The notes under the pieces were generated by a model. It searched no databases. It was not told the origin of the DNA and saw only the letters and a list, made by a program, of their open reading frames with translations. From assembly GCA_963737655.1 (NCBI GenBank), contig CAVTTN010000002.1:7328001-7392000 (forward strand): a stretch of 64,000 nucleotides of DNA. The letters are read 5' to 3'. The DNA comes from an uncultured Planctomycetota bacterium (lineage in GTDB: Bacteria; Planctomycetota; Planctomycetia; Isosphaerales; Isosphaeraceae). Numbering within the stretch: position 1 is the stretch's first letter; every line of letters starts with the position of its first letter. Positions 1-9,186 of the stretch are shown one piece after another. The position numbers were made by a program, and so were the translations under genes.

Positions 1-831
1 CTCGAGGGGATCGACACCCGGTCCCTGGTCCGCCGGACCCGCGAGCTCGGGGCGATGAAGGGCATCCTGTCCTCGACCGACCTGGACGACGCCTCCCTGG
101 TGGGCAAGGCCAGGTCCAGCCCGGGGCTGATCGGCCGCGACCTGGCCTCGGAAGTCATGCCCGAAGGCCCTTCGACCTGGGAGCCGGGGTTCGAGAGCGC
201 CTTCGGCGAGAAGACTCATGAACACGTGGCGGGCGTTCGGAGGCCGCACGTCGTCGCCCTGGATTTCGGGATGAAGTGGAACATCCCCCGGCACCTCGTC
301 GAGAGCGGCTGCCGCGTCACGGTCGTCCCGGGGAACTCGCCGACCTCGGCGATCCTGGAGCACTCGCCCGACGGCGTGTTCCTTTCCAACGGCCCCGGCG
401 ATCCCTCGGCGTTGGGCGGGGCGGTGCGGACCCTCCGCGAGTTGATCGGCGTGAGCGAGTCCCGCGGATTGCCCATCTTCGGCATCTGCCTCGGTCATCA
501 ACTGCTCGGCCAGGCCCTGGGCGGCAAGACGTTCAAGCTGAAATTCGGCCATCGGGGGGCGAACCACCCGGTCCGCGACGAGAGGACCGGCAAGGTCGAG
601 ATCACCACCCAGAACCACGGGTTCGCGGTCGATCCGTCCAGTCTCCCGGCGGAGGTCCAGGCCAGCCACGTGAACCTGAACGACGGCACGCTCGAAGGCT
701 TGAGGCACCAACGACTTCCGGTGATGGCCGTGCAGTACCACCCGGAGGCGTCGGCGGGCCCCCACGACAGCGCCTACCTCTTCGCCGAGTTTTACTCGCT
801 CCTGGGCGAGGGCGGAGGCGTCAAGGCATGA
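1..831 (+). CDS. carA: Carbamoyl-phosphate synthase small subunit (5' end outside window)
   Basis: Frame open from base 1 (LEGIDTRSLVRRTRELGAMKG); motifs LSNGPGDP, FGICLGHQLL, KFGHRGANHPV, TQNHGF, VQYHPE. Confidence 0.95.
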   Translation, partial: LEGIDTRSLVRRTRELGAMKGILSSTDLDDASLVGKARSSPGLIGRDLASEVMPEGPSTWEPGFESAFGEKTHEHVAGVRRPHVVALDFGMKWNIPRHLVESGCRVTVVPGNSPTSAILEHSPDGVFLSNGPGDPSALGGAVRTLRELIGVSESRGLPIFGICLGHQLLGQALGGKTFKLKFGHRGANHPVRDERTGKVEITTQNHGFAVDPSSLPAEVQASHVNLNDGTLEGLRHQRLPVMAVQYHPEASAGPHDSAYLFAEFYSLLGEGGGVKA

Positions 832-2482
832 CCCGGCAGCCCACCGCCGTGTTGATTTTGAGAGTATTGCGGCGGTGCCGGGTCAGGGTGTCTCGATAAT
901 AGCGGACGAGCGTGGTCGTGTCCCGAAGGACCGCGAAGTAGTCGGACACGGAGATCTCGTCGGCCTGGAGCCTCTGGGCCGCGCGGTCTCGCTTGCGGCG
1001 GACCGCCGGGATCGTCTGCGATTCCAGCCTCAATGCGTCCTCGCGGGTGTTGCGGAAGTCGCGGACGGCCTGCTCGACCTCGGCGATCACCTCGCGCTCG
1101 ACGGCCGTGGCCTCGTTCCGGGCCTGGGCGATGTTGATCTCGGCCCGTTTGAGGTTGCCCTGGTTGCGGTTGAACAGGGGGACCGAGACAAACAGCCCCG
1201 CCCCCCAGCCCGTGACGCTTCTCTGGCCCTGGTACGAGTTATCCCGGAATTCGTAGGGCGTGTAGAGGAAATAGGGGTCGGAAAACCGCTCGGCCTTCTC
1301 CTGGTCGAGCTGCCGGGCCGCCCGCCCCACCCCGAGCTTGTTGGCCAGGAGATCGGGGCGTCGGCAGAGGGCCAGAGCGATCAGGGTCTCGACCGGAGGC
1401 GCGTCCGGCTCCAGGATCCGGAGCGAGCCGGTCAGTTCCAGGGTCTCGACCTCCGCCGGGGGCAGGTCCAAAAGGATCGCCAGCCTCTCCCGGGTCTTGT
1501 GGAACCGTTCCCGGGCGTCGCCCAGGGAGAGGGCGGCGAGGTCTCGTTCGATGATGAGGTCATCCACCGCGTCGCGGCCCTCGGCCGTCCTGTCATTCTC
1601 GGCCTGGGTGTCGTTCAACAAGCGTTGGATCGACTCCAACCCCCTCTCGGCCGAGCGGACCGCCTGCCGGGCCGCCAGGGCATCCACATAGGCCGTGGCG
1701 AGGTTGTCGATCGCCAGGCGGACGGCGTCCTGATACTGGGCCCCGAGCACCAGCCTCTCTTGCCTGGCCACGGCCACCCTCGCCCGCCTCTTGCCGGTCA
1801 GGTCGAGCGGGTAAACCAGGCTGATCCCGTGGGAGATGTCGCCTGGGCGAGACGCGGAATAGGTCTTGCCGTAGGGAACGCTGTCCGACGAGTAGAACAG
1901 CAACGGGTTTTCCAGCAAGCCGGCGCTCAGGACGTCGGCCTCGGCCTGGGGCAGTTCGAGGAACTTGGTCCGAAGCTCGCGATTGCTCGTGACCAGCCGG
2001 TTGATGGCCTCGTCCAGGGTCAATCCGCCGGGAGGCCCGGGGTCGTCCCCCAGGTCCGATCGCACATCGGGCGACGTCCGAGGGGTTGCGGTCGGCGAAT
2101 CGGCCGGGCCCAGGGGGGCGGTTCGGTCGAGTCTCAGGACCGTCGGCGCCAGCCCTTGCTCGGCGCCGGCCGAGGCCCGTCCCGGGGCCTGCCGCTCGGT
2201 CGGGTCGCCGGGGCGGCGAGTCAACTGGGGCAGGGGGGCCGTCTTCCGCTGGGAGTCCACGCCCAGGAGCAACTCGGTCGATCCCGGGCTCTTGCGGTAC
2301 GGACTCGCCGTCGATCCGGGGCTGATCCCCAGCGCCGATCGCTTCGCCTTTTGCTCATTCGCCTTGGCCTGGGCCGCGACGATGATATCGTCGGCCAGGG
2401 TCACCTGGGCCCTGGCGCGGCTCATCGGGACCGCCAGCGCGAGGCCCCATCCCGCCAGGAATCCGAGCGTCCGTCTCGTCAT
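821..2482 (-). CDS. TolC/CzcC-family outer membrane efflux protein
   Basis: Signal-peptide-like MTRRTLGFLAGWGLALA; OEP-type segments LTLDEAINRL...NREL, RRPDLLA, GLFVSVPLFNRNQGN; start chosen at ATG 2482. Confidence 0.8.
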   Translation of the reverse strand: MTRRTLGFLAGWGLALAVPMSRARAQVTLADDIIVAAQAKANEQKAKRSALGISPGSTASPYRKSPGSTELLLGVDSQRKTAPLPQLTRRPGDPTERQAPGRASAGAEQGLAPTVLRLDRTAPLGPADSPTATPRTSPDVRSDLGDDPGPPGGLTLDEAINRLVTSNRELRTKFLELPQAEADVLSAGLLENPLLFYSSDSVPYGKTYSASRPGDISHGISLVYPLDLTGKRRARVAVARQERLVLGAQYQDAVRLAIDNLATAYVDALAARQAVRSAERGLESIQRLLNDTQAENDRTAEGRDAVDDLIIERDLAALSLGDARERFHKTRERLAILLDLPPAEVETLELTGSLRILEPDAPPVETLIALALCRRPDLLANKLGVGRAARQLDQEKAERFSDPYFLYTPYEFRDNSYQGQRSVTGWGAGLFVSVPLFNRNQGNLKRAEINIAQARNEATAVEREVIAEVEQAVRDFRNTREDALRLESQTIPAVRRKRDRAAQRLQADEISVSDYFAVLRDTTTLVRYYRDTLTRHRRNTLKINTAVGCRVMP

Positions 2483-2720
2483 GAACTCGCGGGCCTCCGG
2501 GACTCCGTCCAGGGGGGAAAGAACGGTCCGCCCGATCCTGCCAGCAAGATCGGCAGGCGTCCGCCTCGCAGCCATCCCAGGTCGCCGAGACGGCCCGGCC
2601 CCGGCGCCCTCCTCGGCGCGACCCGCGCAACCCCCCCGAGCGGATCGACCCTCGGCGAACCCGTCGGATCGGCCTAGAATGAGGAAACCGCCACGGCCGA
2701 CTCCCCATCGAGACCGCGAG

Positions 2721-3014
2721 ATGCCCCCGACCGATCCCCCGGCCGACGCATGCGACCTCTGCGAGAGGGTCGCCCCCCTGACGTTCCACCACCTGATCCC
2801 CCGGGCCGTCCACAAGAAGCCGAGGTTCCAGAAGACCTTCACCAAGGCCGAGATGCGCCAGACCGGATTATCGCTCTGCCAGCTCTGCCACGACGGGATT
2901 CATGACCTGATCCCCGACGAGAAGCAACTCGCCCGGGAATACCACACCCGGGAGTTGCTCCTGGCCCATCCCGGGATCGCCCGCCATGTGGCGTGGGTGC
3001 GGAAGCAGAAGTGA
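2721..3014 (+). CDS. Small HNH-like (YisB-type) zinc-binding endonuclease domain protein
   Basis: CDLCER...LTFHHLIPR...LCQLCHDGIH pattern in the 3' part of ORF 1965..3014. Confidence 0.75.
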   Translation: MPPTDPPADACDLCERVAPLTFHHLIPRAVHKKPRFQKTFTKAEMRQTGLSLCQLCHDGIHDLIPDEKQLAREYHTRELLLAHPGIARHVAWVRKQK

Positions 3015-3021
3015 CCGTCGA

Positions 3022-3720
3022 TCAGTTCTCGCGCGATCCCCCGAGCGACTCGCTGAGGAACCGGCGGAGGCGGATGCCCTCGTCCAGGAGGGCCACGAAA
3101 TCCTCGGCCGGGCGGATCCCGAAGAAACTCGGCCCCCAGTTCGGCCTCCAGAGGACGAGACGGCCGTTGCGGGCCTCGGCCCACCAGCCCGGCCTCTCGG
3201 CCAGGAATTCCAGGGCCGGGCCGCCGAACGCCCGGCGGATCGTCGTCTCGTCGTCGCCCCGGAGGTCGTAGGACTTCGAGAATTTCACCCCGGAGTCGGA
3301 ATCCTCGAAATTGATGTCCCGGCCGACGAACACGGCGACGAGCTTCCGTCCCAGGTTCTCCGGCTGGAGCAGGAAGTCGGGCAATCCGGGCCGGGGATCG
3401 CGGAAGGCGATGACCTGCTGGGACCGGGCCGCCTTGCCGGCCTGAAGACTGAAATTCATGAAGAGGATCTGGAGGCCGTCGCGGGCCCCTTCCATCGGGT
3501 TGTCCGCCCACTTCCTGTCGTTCGTCCGAAACAGGGAGAATTCGGCCAGGGGCTTGAGCTGATCGCCGGTCCATTTCTCCTCGCGGGAGAACCCCAGGAT
3601 CGAGGCGACCTCGATCGAGACCCGGCGAGCGGCCCGGACCTGGACGATCCCCGCCCAGATCAATGCCACGAAGGTCAGGAGGAACAGCGAGCAGAAGACC
3701 CACAGAAACGTGGGGGACAT
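3022..3720 (-). CDS. Hypothetical protein with N-terminal transmembrane helix
   Basis: Hydrophobic N-terminus FLWVFCSLFLLTFVALIWAGIV; DINFED...FSKSYDLRGDDE segment. Confidence 0.65.
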   Translation of the reverse strand: MSPTFLWVFCSLFLLTFVALIWAGIVQVRAARRVSIEVASILGFSREEKWTGDQLKPLAEFSLFRTNDRKWADNPMEGARDGLQILFMNFSLQAGKAARSQQVIAFRDPRPGLPDFLLQPENLGRKLVAVFVGRDINFEDSDSGVKFSKSYDLRGDDETTIRRAFGGPALEFLAERPGWWAEARNGRLVLWRPNWGPSFFGIRPAEDFVALLDEGIRLRRFLSESLGGSREN

Positions 3721-4051
3721 CTCGCCCCCTCGGACAGCCCACAGCATCGCGAATCCCCCAATGGCCTCGACCCCCTCGTCGCCCAGGCCCCGAAGCTAAT
3801 CCGGGCGAGCGTGCCGATCAACGGGCCTCCCACCGGGGAAGCCAACTCCCCATCCTGGAATCCGGAAGGCCGGCGGGCCGGGAACGGCCCTCGTCGCCAG
3901 ACCCCTTTCCCGGATCATCGCGACTCCCGCCCTCGCCGATCACCCAATCCGTCACCCCGGGCGGAATTTTCACAAACGGATTGACGCAATTTGAAAAAAT
4001 GATAAAAACATTTTAAACTCATGACAATGAACGGATGGCGGCCTTCGACGA

Positions 4052-4146
4052 CCGCGGATGACGCAGACGACTCAGATCGGAGATTTGACGACTCCGCTCC
4101 GAATTTGCCCAATCGGAATAATCTGCGTCATCCGCCAAATCCGCGG
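4052..4146. repeat. Imperfect inverted repeat built from 9-nt-periodic CGCRGAT-like units
   Basis: ccgcggatgacgcagacgactcagat (4052-4077) vs reverse complement of 4121-4146, ccgcggatttggcggatgacgcagat; 20/26 identical. Confidence 0.7.
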
Positions 4147-4354
4147 CTGCCTCAGGCCATCTCCGATGTCCGCTGCTTTTGACGACACTCGTCACTCTTA
4201 TCGGAGATCACCGATGAATTGCGGCCGCCGAGATGTTGGTGGAATACTGCCCGATTCGGGCCAATTCGCCTTAGATTTTGTTCGCCGTAAATATTGAATC
4301 AGAAACACATTGGGAAAAACTAAATAAAATTCGAAAATATGAGGAGTCTTGCTC

Positions 4355-4434
4355 GCGCACGAGTGACTGCGCACGCGAAACCAGCCTGATTTCCGCCCTT
4401 TTTGCACATTTGGGACGAAATGTGTAGTCAACTT
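4355..4434 (-). repeat. Dispersed AT-rich non-coding element, copy 1
   Basis: Reverse complement aligns collinearly with 63645-63723. Confidence 0.6.
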
Positions 4435-4623
4435 GTTCGTCACAAATAATTTAACATATTTGATAAAATTGAGATTGGAAAAATCTAGAAAATGTCAATT
4501 TGTGGACTCGCAAGCTCAAACTCGACGCAGATCGCCCATGCCTCCGGGTCTTCGCAGATCGACGGCCGGGCCGCGCCGGCGAGGTCGGGGCCCGATTCCG
4601 TCCGAGGGAGCCGGGCCCCCCGA

Positions 4624-4653
4624 TTGACGCGGCCCTCCTCGCCTCGTTAATTT
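4624..4653 (+). promoter_or_regulatory. Possible sigma70-type promoter for purA-uppS-cdsA
   Basis: TTGACG-N18-TAATTT about 60 nt upstream of the purA GTG. Confidence 0.4.
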
Positions 4654-4712
4654 GTCTCTTTGCACCGCAAAGGTTTCGTCGGATGGGTTCGGATCGGGAA
4701 AGCGAGACCGCC

Positions 4713-6001
4713 GTGGCATCGACGTGCGTCGTGGGGCTTCAGTGGGGCGATGAGGCCAAGGGGAAGATCGTCGACCTCCTCTGCGACCGACATGACGTGG
4801 TCGTCCGCTATCAGGGCGGGGCGAACGCCGGTCATACGGTCGTGGCCGACGGGGTGACGTACAAGCTCTCCCTGATCCCCACGGGCATCCTCCGGCCGGG
4901 GATCGCGGCGGTGATCGGCAACGGCGTGGTGGTCCACCCCCCGGCGTTGCTCAAGGAGATCGCCACGCTCTCGGCCCAGGGCGTCGATTTCGACGGCCGA
5001 CTGATCGTCAGCGACCGCGCCCACGTGATCCTCCCGCATCACCTGGCCGAGGAGCGGCTGACCGAGGAGTCGTCGTCGGCCGCCGACCATCTGGGGACGA
5101 CCCGCCGCGGGATCGGCCCGTGCTATCGCGACAAGGTCGGCCGGGTTCATGGCGTCCGCATGGGCGACCTGTACCATCCCGGGCGGTTCCGCGAGCATCT
5201 GGGACGGATCGTCGCCTACAAGAACCGCCTCCTCTCCGCGATGCTCCCGGACTTCGAGCCGATCGACGCGGGATCGGTGGCGGAGGAGTACCTCGACCAC
5301 GCGACGAGCCTCCGCCCGTTCGTCCGCGACGCCACCGCCTGGCTCCACGAGGCGATCGGCCGGGGGAAACGGCTGATGTTCGAGGGGCGCAGGGCTCCTT
5401 GCTCGACGTGGACCACGGCAGTTATCCTTATGTGACGAGCTCCAACAGCAGCGCCGCCGGGATCGCCGCCGGCTCGGGCGTGCCGACCCGGCTGATCGAT
5501 CGCTGGATCGGGATCGTCAAGGCGTACACGACCCGGGTCGGCGGAGGCCCGTTCCCGACCGAGCAGGACAACGCCATCGGCGAGCGAATCCGCCGGATCG
5601 GCCGCGAGTACGGCACCGTGACCGGCCGCCCCCGCCGCTGCGGCTGGTTCGACGCCGTGGCCGTCCGCTACTCGGCCAGGGTGAGCGGGGCGACCGAGAT
5701 TGCGGTGATGCTCCTGGACGTCCTCTCGGGCCTGGAGACGCTCCAGGTCGCCGTGGCGTATGAAGATGAGGACGGGAAACGCATCGAGCACTTCCCGGCG
5801 CATCTCGCGGACCTCGAACGCTGCCGGCCGGTGTACGAGACCCTGCCCGGATGGTCCCAGGACGTGACCGGCTGCCGGTCCTGGTCCGACCTGCCCGCCG
5901 AGGCGAGGGACTACGTGCGGTTCCTCAGCCAGCAAGTGGGCGTCCCGGTGAGGATCGTCTCCGTCGGCCCGGACCGGACGGCGACCCTGTCGGTCGATTG
6001 A
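4713..6001 (+). CDS. purA: Adenylosuccinate synthetase (apparent frameshift at ~5385)
   Basis: [24 protein letters not shown], then [20 protein letters not shown] and [14 protein letters not shown] in the next frame; one extra G in the gggg run restores EGAQG. Confidence 0.95.
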
Positions 6002-6051
6002 TCCATCCCGAGTCGATTCCGCCCGAGATCCCGGCCAGAGAGGCCCGAAGC

Positions 6052-6816
6052 GTGTCGATCTCCCCCGAAGGACTGCGGACGCTCGACCGGCTGGGCCTCT
6101 CGCCCGAGCAGGTGCCCGGCCACGTCGCGATCATCATGGACGGCAACGGCCGGTGGGCCCAGTCGCGAGGATTGCCCCGCGTCCTGGGCCATCGCCGGGG
6201 GATTCAGAGCGTCCGGGCCGTGGTCGAGGAGGGCTGCCGCCTCGGCCTGGACCAGTTGACGCTCTATTGCCTGTCGGTCGAGAACTGGAAGAGGCCGCCT
6301 CGCGAGCTGAAGTTCCTGATGCGATTGCTCCGGCATTTCCTCGTGGTCGAGCGGGCGGAATTGATGGATCAGAACGTCCGGCTGGCGATGATCGGCCGCC
6401 GCGAGGGGCTGCCGGAAGACGTCCTGGCCGAGTTCGACCGCACGGCCGAGCAGACCGCCGGCAACACCGGGATGACGCTCTGCCTGGCCGTCAATTACGG
6501 GGGCCGGACCGAGATCGCCGACGCCGCGAAGAGGATCGCCAAGGAGGCCCGCGAAGGCCGGCTCGACCCGGATTCGATCGATGAATCCACGTTCGCGAAT
6601 TATTTGAACACGGCCGGGATGGCCGACCCGGACCTCCTGATCCGCACGGCCGGGGAGATGCGCGTGAGCAACTATCTCCTCTGGCAGATCTCTTACGCCG
6701 AGCTCTGGGTCACCGACGTCCTCTGGCCCGACTTCCGCGCCGGCGACCTCCAATCGGCGATCGCCGATTTCGCGAGGCGGGACCGGAAGTTCGGCGGGTT
6801 GGTGACGAGCCGGTAG
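6052..6816 (+). CDS. uppS: Undecaprenyl diphosphate synthase (isoprenyl transferase)
   Basis: HVAIIMDGNGRWA, SVENWKRP, NYGGRTEI, DPDLLIRTAGEMRVSNYLLWQISYAEL. Confidence 0.95.
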   Translation: MSISPEGLRTLDRLGLSPEQVPGHVAIIMDGNGRWAQSRGLPRVLGHRRGIQSVRAVVEEGCRLGLDQLTLYCLSVENWKRPPRELKFLMRLLRHFLVVERAELMDQNVRLAMIGRREGLPEDVLAEFDRTAEQTAGNTGMTLCLAVNYGGRTEIADAAKRIAKEAREGRLDPDSIDESTFANYLNTAGMADPDLLIRTAGEMRVSNYLLWQISYAELWVTDVLWPDFRAGDLQSAIADFARRDRKFGGLVTSR

Positions 6817-6874
6817 CGATGGTGTAAGCTTTCCCGGTCGTCCTCGCGCACCTCGCCACGGAACCGCCCTCGCG

Positions 6875-7798
6875 ATGCTCGCATCTCGCCTCGCCACCAG
6901 CGCCCTGCTGATCCCCGGGGTGGTCGCGGTCCTGATCTTCGACCAGCGGTTCGCCCCGTGGTTCCCCCTGTGGCTGGTGGCCTCGACGGTCATCATGGCG
7001 TTGTGCGCGATGGAGGTCGTCTCGCTGCTGAGCGAGACCGGGGCGAGGCCGTCGGGCAACACGGTGATGGGCGGGGTGCTCGCGCTGATCGCGGCGAACT
7101 GGGCGCCCCACATCGCCCGAGAGCTCGGGACGACCGCCTCGGGCTACGTCCCGGCCCACGACGCGGCGACGGCGGCCGAGGTCTTCGCCTGGCCGTTGTG
7201 GGCGTTCGTGGCGATCGTGATGTTCGCCTTCCTCGTCCAGAGCTTCCAGTTCCGCGCCCCGGGCGGGACGATGGCCTCGATCGCCGCGACGGTCCTCGCC
7301 ACGGCGTATGTCGGCCTCCTGGGCAGCTTCATCATCCAGTTCCGCTGGCTGGAGAGCCCGGACCGCCCCAACGACGGCCTGATCCCCCTGGCCCTGCTGA
7401 TCGCCACGGCGAAGGGCTCGGACATCGGCGCCTACACGCTCGGGAGGCTCGCCGGCCGGCACAAGCTCTGGCCGAGATTGAGCCCGAAGAAGACCGTGGA
7501 GGGGGCGATCGGCGGCCTGATCTTCGGGGTCCTGGCCACCCTGATCGTGGTCGGCCTGGCGAAGCTCGGGAACGTCCCCACGTTCCGCCTCCCGGCGGCG
7601 ATCGGCTTCGGCGTGGCCGTCGGCGCCTCGGCCCAGCTCGGCGACCTCATGGAATCGATGATGAAACGCGATTGCGCCCGCAAGGACGCCTCCACCACCC
7701 TGCCCGGCTTCGGCGGGGTGCTCGACGTGATGGACTCGCTCCTCTTCGCCGGGCCCGTCGCCTATGGCTACTGGCTTTGCCTGGGACCCGGAGGTTGA
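6875..7798 (+). CDS. cdsA: Phosphatidate cytidylyltransferase
   Basis: Multi-TM protein; SDIGAYTLG, SPKKTVEG, GDLMESMMKR, KDASTTLPGFGGVLDVMDS; lies directly after uppS. Confidence 0.93.
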   Translation: MLASRLATSALLIPGVVAVLIFDQRFAPWFPLWLVASTVIMALCAMEVVSLLSETGARPSGNTVMGGVLALIAANWAPHIARELGTTASGYVPAHDAATAAEVFAWPLWAFVAIVMFAFLVQSFQFRAPGGTMASIAATVLATAYVGLLGSFIIQFRWLESPDRPNDGLIPLALLIATAKGSDIGAYTLGRLAGRHKLWPRLSPKKTVEGAIGGLIFGVLATLIVVGLAKLGNVPTFRLPAAIGFGVAVGASAQLGDLMESMMKRDCARKDASTTLPGFGGVLDVMDSLLFAGPVAYGYWLCLGPGG

Positions 7799-8102
7799 AC
7801 CGCCAAGGACCCGGAGGTTGAACCGCCAAGACGCCAAGATCGCCAAGGGAAGAGGAGGACAGAGGGAGAGAGGAAGACAGAGGGAGAGAGGAGACAAGAC
7901 AAAATAATTACATAAATTAATTTAAGATTCAATGAAATTGAATTTTCTCTTCACGCTTAGTCTTTCACTTTTTTTCTCCCACCTCTCTTTCACTCTCCTC
8001 TGCTCTCTCCTCCTCCCCTCTCTCCTCTCTCCTCCTCTCCTCTTGGCGATCTTGGCGTCTTGGCGGTTCAACTTCTCCCAGGCGTCTTGGCGGTTCAACT
8101 CC
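7784..8102. mobile_element. MITE-like non-autonomous element with perfect 31-bp inverted repeats and duplicated termini
   Basis: gttgaaccgccaagacgccaagatcgccaag (7817-7847) is the exact reverse complement of 8042-8072; interior is purine-rich, then AT-rich, then pyrimidine-rich. Confidence 0.65.
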
Positions 8103-9186
8103 CCACCATTTTCCGCCCAGCCAGGACGACGACCATCGACGGAAGCACGGAGACGGTGAGGTTCTGGCCTTCGCGGAGGCCCTGAGACTGGCTCTGCAGG
8201 GCGGTGGCGGTGATGGGCCAGTCGTTCGGGCCTCGGAGGAAGACCTGGCGGGTCGTTCCGAGGAAGACCTGGCGTTCGATCGTCGCGGGGAAGCGGTTGG
8301 CGTCGGCGGGGATGGGCGGGGCGAGGCCGAACGCCTCGGGACGGATCGCCAGGGTGATCGGCGAACCCGGAGTGGGCGGCTCGCCCGTGAGCGACGCGAT
8401 CAGCCGGCCGAGGGGCGTTCGGACGATCAGGCCGCCCCTGGCGTCTTCCCCCTCCGCCTGACCCTGGATCAGGTTGACCGGGCCGAGGAGCTGCGCGACC
8501 AGGGCATCGGCCGGGGCGTTGTAGACCTCGTGAGGGGCGGCGACCTGGACGATCCGGCCGAGGTCCAGGATCGCCAGCCGGTCCCCCAGCGCCAGGGCCT
8601 CGCGAGGGTCGCTCGTGAGGAAGAGGGTCGTGGTCTCGGCCTCGGCGTGGACCCTGCGGATCTCGTCGCGATACTCGGCGCGGCCCCGGGGGTCGAGGCG
8701 GGCGGTCGGGTCGTCGAGCAGGAGCAACGCGGGGTCGGAGACCAGGGCCCGGGCCAGGGCCGCCCGGGCCTTCTGCGAGGGCGAGAGCGAGGCGGGACGC
8801 GATTCGGCCAGGCTGTCAATCCGGGCCGAGCCGAGGGCCTCGACCACCCGGTCGCGACGCTCCTTGCGCGACGCGCCGCGGACCCTCGGCCCGTAGCCCA
8901 CGTTCTCGGCCACCGTCAGATGGGGCCAGAGGGCGTCGTCCGAGGCGATCAGCCCGACCTTTCGCTCGTGGGGGGGCAGCTTGAGGATCGACCGGCCGTC
9001 GAACAGGACGTCGCCGGAATCGGGCGAGTCGAGGCCGGCGATCAGGCGGGCCAGGGCCGTCTTGCCCGCGCCCGAGGGGCCGAGGACGGCGAGCAGCTCG
9101 CCCGGACGGACCTCCAGGGTCGCCCCATCGACGGCCGCCACGCCGTCGAACGCGCGAGAAAGGGCCTCGATCGCCACGCGGATCAC
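8095..9186 (-). CDS. PotA/FbpC-like ABC ATP-binding protein with TOBE-like C-terminus and degenerate motifs
   Basis: Walker A GPSGAGKT, LWPHLTVAENVGYG; signature LSPSQ, Walker B LLLDDP, H-loop TSD; GTG start overlaps the upstream stop. Confidence 0.8.
   Translation of the reverse strand: MIRVAIEALSRAFDGVAAVDGATLEVRPGELLAVLGPSGAGKTALARLIAGLDSPDSGDVLFDGRSILKLPPHERKVGLIASDDALWPHLTVAENVGYGPRVRGASRKERRDRVVEALGSARIDSLAESRPASLSPSQKARAALARALVSDPALLLLDDPTARLDPRGRAEYRDEIRRVHAEAETTTLFLTSDPREALALGDRLAILDLGRIVQVAAPHEVYNAPADALVAQLLGPVNLIQGQAEGEDARGGLIVRTPLGRLIASLTGEPPTPGSPITLAIRPEAFGLAPPIPADANRFPATIERQVFLGTTRQVFLRGPNDWPITATALQSQSQGLREGQNLTVSVLPSMVVVLAGRKMVGS

Noticed and set aside
3960..4510. Replication origin suggested by AT-richness
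   Set aside because: I found no clear DnaA-box (TTATCCACA) cluster and no dnaA/dnaN context.
3915..4627. Short ORFs in the AT-rich island (also 7932..8159 and 63252-63983)
   Set aside because: Atypical composition, no motifs, and they overlap non-coding repeat elements; probably spurious.
5380..5395. Programmed frameshift or pseudogene in purA and the other split genes
   Set aside because: One missing base in a short homopolymer restores the canonical motif. The pattern recurs across unrelated genes with no other decay, so assembly error is the simpler explanation.
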